From a virus (lineage: Duplodnaviria; Heunggongvirae; Uroviricota; Caudoviricetes): DNA of 31,675 nt. Location of the stretch: IMG/VR virus record IMGVR_UViG_3300029705_000019. One strand, 5' to 3'. The position numbers were made by a program, and so were the translations under genes. The notes below the pieces were generated by a model. The model was given only the letters and a program-made list of their open reading frames with translations. It had not been told where the DNA came from and did no database searches. Each line of letters begins with the position of its first letter. Positions within the stretch are counted from its first letter, which is position 1. Positions 1-7,912 of this stretch are shown one piece after another.

Positions 1-234
1 TGACTTGAAAATATTTGAATGACAAACATTGCAATTGATAATTACTTTACCAATATAAGAATCGCTAAGATCATCATTGTTGTCAACGTTTGGATCAATT
101 ACTTTAACGATATCATCGTTCTCATCATTATTGAGGAAATTAGACAAACTTGTTAAACCCTCTGCTGAGGTATCAAATGTTTCTTCCTGAAGCAAAGATA
201 ATCTCTTAAATGCCTCATTAATATAATCATACAT
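1..234 (-). CDS. Hypothetical protein (5' part only, runs off the window), acidic, with a CxxC motif; probably virion/head-associated
   Basis: Not in the ORF track. Manual translation from ATG at 234: MYDYINEAFKRLSLLQEETFDTSAEG...YIGKVIINCNVCHSNIFKS, open to base 1. AAAGGA lies upstream. Confidence 0.75.
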   Translation of the reverse strand, partial: MYDYINEAFKRLSLLQEETFDTSAEGLTSLSNFLNNDENDDIVKVIDPNVDNNDDLSDSYIGKVIINCNVCHSNIFKS

Positions 235-279
235 CAGTCAATATTTCCTTTACTTTTTAATAATCAACATCAATTTATC

Positions 280-996
280 TTAATCAATTCCATAAACAAG
301 CTGTGTGCTGTCTTTCAATTCTTGTCGTAAATTCATAAGTTCTGTTGTACCCTCTTGCAATAAAGTATCACCGTCAAGAGTCCACAACGCATTTGTTTGC
401 TTAAATTTTGTTCTCACTCTACCAACAACAATTTTTGTTTGTGCAACTGACAGTCGAACTAATACATCTTGCCAAAAATCTGAAGTTATTTGAGAAACAT
501 CATCAAATCTTGGTATATAGATAATTGTTATATTTTTAGGTAAATTTGTTGAAACATTAATATAAAGCTGATTCTTAAACTTGTCAAAATAATGAGCTAA
601 ATCAGTTGATGTTGTATTACGAATTTGTGAAATAGTGCTCCATGATGCATAATTGTAAGCGTAATCAGTCATGTTATAAATATTTCCAAGACCGGATAAT
701 ATTTGCCACTGACTTGCATACATTGGATCCATTGTCACAGAATTACCATTATCATCAGCCTCAGCCATAAAGCCCTCAGCTCTTCTTACACCAATAACTG
801 AATTAACTTTATAAGGTTCCATATCAATACACTTACTAAATGGAACTGTAATTAGTGAAAATGTATCAATATAGCGCTGAATTTCACGCAAAGAACTGTT
901 AATAACCTTTATTAAAGATGCATCAGACAGCTCAAAATCCACAACATCTCCAGTGAGTTGTAATCGGATTTCGTTTTTAAGCATTTCCATATCCAT
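280..996 (-). CDS. Neck/head-completion protein, T4 gp13-like
   Basis: 238 aa, GAGGTG RBS, downstream of the capsid genes. N-terminal 'IRLQLTGDVVDFELSD' and C-terminal 'GRVRTKF...LDGDTLLQEGTTELMNLRQEL' resemble T4-like gp13 neck proteins. Confidence 0.6.
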   Translation of the reverse strand: MDMEMLKNEIRLQLTGDVVDFELSDASLIKVINSSLREIQRYIDTFSLITVPFSKCIDMEPYKVNSVIGVRRAEGFMAEADDNGNSVTMDPMYASQWQILSGLGNIYNMTDYAYNYASWSTISQIRNTTSTDLAHYFDKFKNQLYINVSTNLPKNITIIYIPRFDDVSQITSDFWQDVLVRLSVAQTKIVVGRVRTKFKQTNALWTLDGDTLLQEGTTELMNLRQELKDSTQLVYGID

Positions 997-1023
997 TTTA
1001 ACTCACCTCAATTGTTAACTGAA

Positions 1024-1311
1024 TTATTCAGCTGCTTCAGTTTCCTCTGCAGCTGCTTCAAGTTCTGCAATCTTTGCATCTTTTTCAGCAACCTGAGCCT
1101 CAAGATTAGCAACAGCCTGCTGGAGATCAGCAATTTCTTTTTCAAATGCAGAAGTGTCAACAGTAGATTCTGAAGAAGACTCAGAGCCACCATTGAGTGT
1201 GATAGTCTTTGCCTCTTCGTCAACAATAATTACAAATTCAGGATTCTCAACAGGCTTGTTATCTTCGAATGTAATGCAGATATCACGATTTTTATTCTGG
1301 TATACAAACAT
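1024..1311 (-). CDS. Small putative capsid decoration protein: shared N-terminal anchor plus coiled coil
   Basis: 95 aa, GAGGAG RBS. First ~30 aa are paralogous to the upstream gene. C-terminal heptads (IADLQQAVANLEAQVAEKDAKIAELE). Confidence 0.6.
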   Translation of the reverse strand: MFVYQNKNRDICITFEDNKPVENPEFVIIVDEEAKTITLNGGSESSSESTVDTSAFEKEIADLQQAVANLEAQVAEKDAKIAELEAAAEETEAAE

Positions 1312-1341
1312 TTTTTATTCTCCTCAAAGAAATTTATGTAT

Positions 1342-2016
1342 TTATACTTTTACCACGGTATACAAGTCACCATCATTGATAACTGTGTAACCATCAGCAA
1401 CAAAGTTTGTTAATCCGCCTGGCTCCGTTTCTGCTTTAGATGGGTCAAACTTATAGAATGTACCACCCTTAACAATAATTTTACCAGGGTTCTTATCATT
1501 TAGATTGAGTGTCCACTTTGGAGTTTCACATTCAAAATATCCACCGTTAATCTCAACAACACTATCGTTCTTTACATAAATAAGATCAAAGTGAGCAGGA
1601 TCAACTGATGCAGTTGCACCAATATTTGTAAATGTACCACCGTTAATTGTTACATCGCCACCATCAGCCCAGATAGCCATATTATAATCATTCTTACCAA
1701 CACCATTGATAGTGCCATTACCATTGATTGTTAAATGACCACCTGCAGTAACTTTATAAACACCAATACCATCAGTGTCCTCAGGTATACTGATTGTTTT
1801 ACCGTTAAGATACAGATTAACAATTTCGTTTATTTCAACTGCAGTATCATAAACAGTATCTTCAGTAACAATAGTGTTGTTACCTGGTGTGATTTCAGTA
1901 CCATTGACAACAAGCTGATTGTCAACAACGTTGAGTACATATTCTGGATTGGTGACTGGCTGATTATCTTTGAATGTAATACAGATTGATCTGTCTTTAT
2001 TCTGATAAACAAACAT
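1342..2016 (-). CDS. Putative capsid decoration/head-fibre protein with beta-helix-like (xIxGGxF) repeats
   Basis: Start moved from 2031 to ATG 2016 (MFVYQNKDR; GGAGA 8 nt upstream; matches the paralog's start), 224 aa. Repeats TINGNGTI, TINGGTF, EINGGYF, IVKGGTF. First gene after the major capsid gene. Confidence 0.6.
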   Translation of the reverse strand: MFVYQNKDRSICITFKDNQPVTNPEYVLNVVDNQLVVNGTEITPGNNTIVTEDTVYDTAVEINEIVNLYLNGKTISIPEDTDGIGVYKVTAGGHLTINGNGTINGVGKNDYNMAIWADGGDVTINGGTFTNIGATASVDPAHFDLIYVKNDSVVEINGGYFECETPKWTLNLNDKNPGKIIVKGGTFYKFDPSKAETEPGGLTNFVADGYTVINDGDLYTVVKV

Positions 2017-2205
2017 CAAGGTCATCTCCAAAAAATAATTAAAACATGTTATTTATAACATTTCAATGTTATATAATATATAATACAATAATAAACAAAA
2101 TTAATAACATTAAGTAACTTATAGTTACTTAATATAATATTATTATATTTATTATATATTATATTAGTTATTACATTTATTATGTGGAATTTTAAGGGTT
2201 ACACA

Positions 2206-2268
2206 AAAATTTAGAAAAAATTTACACTTGTTGATAAACAGTTGAAATAAAATTTAGAAAAAATTTAC
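2206..2268. repeat. Perfect 20-bp direct repeat (AAAATTTAGAAAAAATTTAC x2) in an AT-rich intergenic region
   Basis: Copies at 2206-2225 and 2249-2268, 43 bp apart start to start. Confidence 0.9.
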
Positions 2269-2358
2269 GAATGGATCCATTTTATTATTCAGTTTTTAAC
2301 ATCAATAAATGATTCTTTTTATTTCTGATCCAAAACAAGTTGTTTTTTCCTTGATTAC

Positions 2359-2387
2359 ATTATATAATAATTATACTTAAACATCAA
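2359..2387 (-). promoter_or_regulatory. Sigma70/SigA-type promoter candidate (TTGATG-17-TATAAT)
   Basis: Minus strand: -35 TTGATG (2387-2382), 17-nt spacer, -10 TATAAT (2364-2359), immediately after the capsid terminator. The AT-rich context raises the chance of a spurious match. Confidence 0.5.
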
Positions 2388-2391
2388 CTAT

Positions 2392-2425
2392 AAAAAATGA
2401 GGCTTGTGGTTTCACAAGCCTCATT
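2392..2425 (-). terminator. Rho-independent terminator after the major capsid gene
   Basis: 13-bp stem AATGAGGCTTGTG/CACAAGCCTCATT, 4-nt loop, running into a T-tract on the minus strand. Confidence 0.9.
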
Positions 2426-2445
2426 CAATAGGTTTATTAGATTAA

Positions 2446-3720
2446 TTAGTCGACAATACGACCCTTGATCAAGAGGTTCTTGTTGAGCATCTTGAGGTCG
2501 TACAGAGTGGACCAACCCTGACTCATACCACCATCTGCATAGCCGAGGAGCTGAGTAGGTACTACTGCCATATAAGGAGCATATACTGCAGCAGAGCTCA
2601 TCATATCGTTACCATTGCAACCAACAACGAATGTGCCAGCTTCAATGTTTGGTGTTACAAATACCTTTAAGCCATTAATGGTACCTGCGAAGTAAGGACC
2701 ATTGATCTGACCTGCGGGAGCTGCATGCCAAGCTTTAACGATAGAGAGTACAGGAAGCAAGTTAGAAGCGCAAAGAACGTAGTTAGGAGCGAACTTCTTA
2801 GTACGATCATAGATCTTCTGCTTAGCAATCTCGAGGATTTCAGCGAAGCCCTCATAGTGCTCTGCTTTAGATACACCAACAGGAAGAGTCTTAGACCATT
2901 CAAGTTCGGTATCTGCTTCTGCATTTGCAACGAGCATATTTGTAATCTCAGTATCGATTTCGTAGCTGAGCTCACCAACAGCTTTTTCAGCAAGCTGGTC
3001 GCCAAGATCTACACCGTAATCGGTCTTAGACTGATATGCAGCGATCTGAGAGTAGTAAATTGCAATTCTACGAGCTTTTGCAACAAGTGCAATAGACTTC
3101 ATCTCAGCTTTGATCATAGGCAGATCATTCTGAGGAATTACAACGTTGTTATACAAGTACTTAACTTTACCTGCAGACTCAGCAGTATAAACACCATTTT
3201 CGTCAGCTTCAAGAGCAACGTACTCGGTGGCGCCATCTGCAAGGAACTCAACAGTACCAAACTGAGGCTTCCAAGCAAATACAATTTCACCAGCTTCTAC
3301 ATTTTCAACAACGCGAGCGCTAGTATAATCGGCGTCAACATCACCGAATCCGAAAGGATTACTGATGAGGTCACCCTGCTTGGTCTGACCCTTATTGCTT
3401 GCATACTGATATTCGATGTAGGTAATGAAACCAGACATAGAAGACATCGGATGCACAATTACCAGATCATGAGCAATGAGATTAGGAAGAGCAACTGTAG
3501 TAAGATTCAAACAGAACTTTTTGAACATTCCCATGTCTGCGCGCTGAGTTGCAACGGAATTGTCAAATGCTTCATTCATGAACTTGTTTGTATTTTCAAG
3601 ACATTTAGCAACAACAAGCTTCTTGTTGTTAGACATTTTTTCGCCATTATTGAGCTTTGCATGAACAGTGTCAGCAACAGCAAGGCGATTCTTATAAGCT
3701 TCAAATAAGGACTTAGCCAT
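2446..3720 (-). CDS. Major capsid protein, T4 gp23-like (HK97 fold)
   Basis: Likely start ATG 3720 (MAKSLFEAY; GGAGA RBS; ORF track starts at 3735). Motifs 'LPNLIAHDLVIVHPMSSMSG', 'ALVAKARR', 'ELSYEIDTEI', 'AVYAPYMAV' are typical of gp23-family capsids. Follows the protease and is followed by a strong terminator. Confidence 0.92.
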   Translation of the reverse strand: MAKSLFEAYKNRLAVADTVHAKLNNGEKMSNNKKLVVAKCLENTNKFMNEAFDNSVATQRADMGMFKKFCLNLTTVALPNLIAHDLVIVHPMSSMSGFITYIEYQYASNKGQTKQGDLISNPFGFGDVDADYTSARVVENVEAGEIVFAWKPQFGTVEFLADGATEYVALEADENGVYTAESAGKVKYLYNNVVIPQNDLPMIKAEMKSIALVAKARRIAIYYSQIAAYQSKTDYGVDLGDQLAEKAVGELSYEIDTEITNMLVANAEADTELEWSKTLPVGVSKAEHYEGFAEILEIAKQKIYDRTKKFAPNYVLCASNLLPVLSIVKAWHAAPAGQINGPYFAGTINGLKVFVTPNIEAGTFVVGCNGNDMMSSAAVYAPYMAVVPTQLLGYADGGMSQGWSTLYDLKMLNKNLLIKGRIVD

Positions 3721-3768
3721 TGTTATATTCTCCAATATTTCATAGTTGTTTGTTTAATTTACTTTATC

Positions 3769-3777
3769 TATATACAA
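3769..3777 (-). promoter_or_regulatory. TTGTATATA motif (putative phage late promoter) upstream of the capsid gene
   Basis: Exact copy of a motif recurring in at least five intergenic gaps, always on the coding strand. Confidence 0.6.
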
Positions 3778-3790
3778 ACGACGAAGTTTC

Positions 3791-5344
3791 TTATCGGATG
3801 AAATTGCTTAATGTTAAATCAATTTCGTCATCAATTCTGTCGTCGTTGTACCCAGAACTGACCTTTACTTTTGATTCTTTGATTACCATCTTCTTTGGCT
3901 TTTGTTCAGCCACATTAAACGGTAGTGAATTGATTGCTAACTTGTACTTCTGTAACTCTTCACAAATTTTATCAATGTCGCTAAATGAATAATTTTCATT
4001 TAACTTATCCTTAATTTCGCTCGGCTTAATACCAAGTCTACTTGCTTGTGAACTAATATATTTATCAACTGCTGTTTTTGCAATTGTTTTATAACGTTCA
4101 ACAATCTGTTGTGACTGAGTTACTTTTGCTGAAGCTTGACTCTTAATAATTTGAACATCTTTGTCTCTATCAGCAAGTTGTTCTGTAAGAGTTTTGTTTT
4201 CAGCTTGAAGTTTTTCAGTTAGCTTCTTGCTTCTTGCTTGTTCAGCTTTTAGATCTTCCTCTAATGACTTTACTTTTTCATTTGTTGAAGATACGCTCTC
4301 TGTCAACTGAGCTCTTTTGGTATTACCTAACTTAACTCGCTGAACAAGAGAATCAATCTGGGTTTTCTGCTCTGTAATGATTTGCGCTGTTTTTTCAGCC
4401 TTTACATTTGCTGCATTAAGCTGCTCTTGTAACTGCTGATTTGTTGCTTTGCATGTTTTTAGTTCCTGATTAGTTCTTGTTAAAACATCACTATAACGAG
4501 CCTCTTTTGTATAACAAACTGATAATTTCTCTTGTAATGTTTTAATTTGCTGTTCAAGTTCTTTTTCACGTAAAGCACTCTCTTGTAACTCTTGAATCAT
4601 AAGGGCTCCGGAATCTTCGGCTGCCTGATCTTTTTCTTCATTTGTTACATCTATATCATCAACAGGGGTAGAGGTATTTTCCTCTTCCTGATCTGTTGCA
4701 TAATCAATTTGAAGGTCATCAAGTGTTTCCTTCATTGTTCTTTGCTCATCTTCTGTGGATTTATTTAATTCCTCTTGAAGAGCTTTTTTAAGTGTTTTTG
4801 TTGTATCAAGTGATTCTGTGACATATTTCAGTCTTGCTTCTTTAACAGCGGGTAATAAAACAGCATCCCAACATTCACAATCATAAGAATCAGGCTCTAC
4901 TGTTTCTCCACCATCATAGTCCTCAAATGTATCACCACTACCTCTGCTTGATACACCAATTTTACAACCGTAATCGCACATTGTTTTTAATATACGACCA
5001 TTTGGTGTATTCAAGATATCAAACACACCATAAAGTTTTCCATCATTGCCCTTTTTCGGAACTTCGGCTAAACAAATACAGATCTTTTCCATATCAACTT
5101 CTTGACGATCTGCAGGATGACCAAGCTCACCGAATAAACAACGATTTTCAAACTTTTCTTTCATAATCGGATCATTGAAGGTCTTTTCCCACAACTCTTC
5201 CGTATAACGACGACCGTTACGTGTACGGTTTCGGAAATCCGCTATTACACCAACAAGTCTACCGAGAATACCACGTTCTTGCTGTTCTTCAGCTGATAAT
5301 TTCTGGTATTTCATTTCATTTGTTGTGTTGAAACTTTCTAACAT
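3791..5344 (-). CDS. Prohead core protease (T4 gp21-like) fused to a coiled-coil scaffolding domain
   Basis: N-terminal ~175 aa carry gp21 motifs 'RNGRRY', 'GELGHP', 'ILNTPNGRIL', 'GVSSRGSG', 'DAVLLPA'. Then an acidic linker and a long heptad region. Lies between portal and capsid genes. Confidence 0.88.
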   Translation of the reverse strand: MLESFNTTNEMKYQKLSAEEQQERGILGRLVGVIADFRNRTRNGRRYTEELWEKTFNDPIMKEKFENRCLFGELGHPADRQEVDMEKICICLAEVPKKGNDGKLYGVFDILNTPNGRILKTMCDYGCKIGVSSRGSGDTFEDYDGGETVEPDSYDCECWDAVLLPAVKEARLKYVTESLDTTKTLKKALQEELNKSTEDEQRTMKETLDDLQIDYATDQEEENTSTPVDDIDVTNEEKDQAAEDSGALMIQELQESALREKELEQQIKTLQEKLSVCYTKEARYSDVLTRTNQELKTCKATNQQLQEQLNAANVKAEKTAQIITEQKTQIDSLVQRVKLGNTKRAQLTESVSSTNEKVKSLEEDLKAEQARSKKLTEKLQAENKTLTEQLADRDKDVQIIKSQASAKVTQSQQIVERYKTIAKTAVDKYISSQASRLGIKPSEIKDKLNENYSFSDIDKICEELQKYKLAINSLPFNVAEQKPKKMVIKESKVKVSSGYNDDRIDDEIDLTLSNFIR

Positions 5345-5417
5345 TTTATCATCACCTTTACATAGAATAAACAGCTCAAACAGCTTCTTCTACAATCATT
5401 ATACTATTGTACTATTT

Positions 5418-5426
5418 TATATACAA
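5418..5426 (-). promoter_or_regulatory. TTGTATATA motif (putative late promoter) upstream of the protease gene
   Basis: Exact copy in the intergenic gap. Confidence 0.6.
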
Positions 5427-5437
5427 TAAACTGTTTG

Positions 5438-5908
5438 TTATTTATTCATATATTCAAATGCTTTAAGGTCAGCCTTGATTATCTGTAAAACTTTTATGCA
5501 CGGAACAAGATCAAATGTTCTACTGTAGTTTAACAGCACTTGAGATATTTCTTCGAATCGTGTGTGAGCAAGAAACATCCTTGAATCTGAAACATTTGGT
5601 TCATACAGTAAAATTTGTAAATTAAGTGCTGCTAATGTTGTTAGTACTGAATCGGTGCAATCAATTTCGTCACATGTTACAATGTTTTTGTATAGATTTG
5701 ACTTTTTTGAATTGTAACTTTTTCTAATTTTTTCATAAAAGCTACAAGCATCAAATGGTCTGCGTTCATTTATGAACTTTATAACATTTATATCAATGTC
5801 TGCCGATGTAACAGCTTTTTGCATCATTTCGTTAACATTGATACCTTTTGCACTTAATTCAGATAATAGTAAAATACAATCACGTTTTGTTATCATATTG
5901 ATATACAA
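5438..5908 (-). CDS. Hypothetical protein between portal and protease (position of prohead-core genes)
   Basis: 156-aa ORF (TTG 5908, or ATG 5896 giving MITKRD). Predicted helical. No family recognised. Confidence 0.7.
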   Translation of the reverse strand: MYINMITKRDCILLLSELSAKGINVNEMMQKAVTSADIDINVIKFINERRPFDACSFYEKIRKSYNSKKSNLYKNIVTCDEIDCTDSVLTTLAALNLQILLYEPNVSDSRMFLAHTRFEEISQVLLNYSRTFDLVPCIKVLQIIKADLKAFEYMNK

Positions 5909-6034
5909 TTTCCTTCCCCAGTTATTACTGGCTAAACTTAATTGTGCAAGGCGAAACGGTTACATAATATTGATATATTAACAAGAACGTTTTGCCTGTA
6001 TATTGATCAATTTTTGTTGTAGATGTGGATAATT

Positions 6035-7897
6035 TTATAAGTTTGGATTGGTTGAGTCTGACACATCACCAATGTCAAGTTCAGCTGGTGTAGGCAATGT
6101 GTCATCTGAATCGTCTACTTCGTCACTATCACTTATAGCATGTTCACCGCTTGGCATTGGCATATCAATTGACGGAGAAGCAAAATCCATCGGTTCATCA
6201 TCTGGATATGAATCAAAGCTTGAATCATCCTCAAATGATGTGGTATCTTCATCTGTCTCTTCTGCAAGTTGAGTTTCCATTGAATCAATTTCATCTTGCA
6301 ATAGTTGAATAACTTCTGTGTCATTAAGAGTGTTACTAAGCATAGATTTTAGAATCTTTAGCTTTGTTGCAGTATTTTCTACATCCCCAAGAACATCCAT
6401 AATGTCTCTAATGAGACCTACTTTATTGCTCAAATTATCTCTTCGGTCAACCTCTTCTTGTGTGGTTGGTGCCTGCATTCTTAACTGGAATTTGTTAATA
6501 TAGGCTTCATTTCCAGTATCAATCAAAATAAGATTAATTATGTCCGTCAACGCTTGAATCATTGTGTTCTGAATTCTTTTAATCATTTTTGCATAACGGG
6601 ATGAAATGATTGACAATGAAGCACCGCCATCAAACCCAGCACTATCACCGGTTACACCAAAATACTGTTTCGGTACGCGCAAGTTACCAAAAAACTTATC
6701 TTGATAGTATTCAAGGTCAACAAGGTCACCAACATTAACATCTCCACCAATCTGTTGTGTTGTTAGCACACCTTGATTGTTTCGTGTTGGAATATAAACA
6801 TTATTAATAATTGGACCCGGGTTAGTATATTCGTTCATTGAATTACCAACATCGAATGCGGCTTTCTGTTCAATTAACTGTTTTATATTCATTAAATGAG
6901 GCTGCACTGATTCTTTCGGCATATCACCAACCTCAACTCCAATAACACGAACAATTGAAGATTGAGTAACTCTGTTAAGTAGAACAGAATTTTCAAGAAG
7001 TTGTAACTGACGCCATACTTTATATGTACTATAAAGTAGAGATTGACCTCTCTTTACACCATAAGTAAAAGTTTTATCTTCATCATTAAATAAATCAACT
7101 TCTTCGGGTATTCTGCTACTGTTGTCTTCAAGACACGCATGAACAAATTCAGTGGGAGGATAAAGTTCAACATCACTCTTATTGAATCTATATCTATTCA
7201 AGAATGCGTTGTTCATGTCGAGAGGATCGTTTGTTGTATTTGTTGGAAGAACATCTGTTTTAATGTATGCAACTGTTTTACCAAATCTTGTTAGCTCAAA
7301 TACTTGGGCTGGATTTGGAAACATTTCAACATAATGAACATAAGAGTCATTTTTTGAATATGCTTTTACAATAACATCTTCATTAAGTTGTTCTTTACCT
7401 GTTGTTTTTGGCTTTTCAACAAATAACATTGCATCATAGTCTGATTCACGATACAATCTTAGGTAGATATCACCATATTTACATAAACTGTAAGTCCACT
7501 TATAAATGTTTTTATCTACATTCAATGCATTTAACAAATATGTAACAAATTTTAATGCATCTGAGTCTCCTGATTCAGCCCAAACAATATTACCTGAATC
7601 ATTTGTCTCTGTTGCATCTTCCGCATATGTTTCAAGTACAGCGGCAATTATTGAATCATCACCCATTGCATCAAGTGTGTTATATAATTCATTTCTTGAT
7701 CTTGAAACTTGAGTAAATGAGTTGAGTGCGTTGATATCAGTCTGACTTGTTTCCATTGTGTTAGCAATGTTTTCAATAACTGTATTATCAAGGTCAATTC
7801 CAATTTCAAGATTTGGAGATGATTCAGGCACTATTCTTTTTGAATAGTCATCGTCACGAGCTTGAAACGCAGTATCTCGTATGTTTTCGTTTGCCAT
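6035..7897 (-). CDS. Portal protein, T4 gp20-like
   Basis: 620 aa. 'IAAVLETYAEDAT', 'CKYGDIYLRL', 'GQSLLYSTYKVWRQLQLLENSVLLNRV', 'DLEYYQDKFFGNLRVPKQYFG' match gp20-family motifs. Acidic C-terminal tail. Directly after the terminase. Confidence 0.9.
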   Translation of the reverse strand: MANENIRDTAFQARDDDYSKRIVPESSPNLEIGIDLDNTVIENIANTMETSQTDINALNSFTQVSRSRNELYNTLDAMGDDSIIAAVLETYAEDATETNDSGNIVWAESGDSDALKFVTYLLNALNVDKNIYKWTYSLCKYGDIYLRLYRESDYDAMLFVEKPKTTGKEQLNEDVIVKAYSKNDSYVHYVEMFPNPAQVFELTRFGKTVAYIKTDVLPTNTTNDPLDMNNAFLNRYRFNKSDVELYPPTEFVHACLEDNSSRIPEEVDLFNDEDKTFTYGVKRGQSLLYSTYKVWRQLQLLENSVLLNRVTQSSIVRVIGVEVGDMPKESVQPHLMNIKQLIEQKAAFDVGNSMNEYTNPGPIINNVYIPTRNNQGVLTTQQIGGDVNVGDLVDLEYYQDKFFGNLRVPKQYFGVTGDSAGFDGGASLSIISSRYAKMIKRIQNTMIQALTDIINLILIDTGNEAYINKFQLRMQAPTTQEEVDRRDNLSNKVGLIRDIMDVLGDVENTATKLKILKSMLSNTLNDTEVIQLLQDEIDSMETQLAEETDEDTTSFEDDSSFDSYPDDEPMDFASPSIDMPMPSGEHAISDSDEVDDSDDTLPTPAELDIGDVSDSTNPNL

Positions 7898-7912
7898 GTA
7901 TAACAGCCTCTC

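Noticed and set aside
2206-2268. Mini CRISPR array
   Set aside because: Only two 20-bp low-complexity repeats with a 23-bp spacer and no cas genes.
2286-2339. 17-codon TTG-start ORF (MFWIRNKKNHLLMLKTE) after the SigA-like promoter
   Set aside because: Weak start codon and SD, very short, in low-complexity sequence; not supportable without expression data.
2725-3708. 327-aa plus-strand ORF, and the other plus-strand or off-frame ORFs in the track
   Set aside because: They lie wholly within well-supported minus-strand genes, lack recognisable motifs, and are the expected shadows of biased codon usage.
6024-6032. Perfect DnaA box (TGTGGATAA) just after the portal stop
   Set aside because: A single isolated 9-mer is plausible by chance in 31 kb of AT-rich DNA; no cluster nearby.
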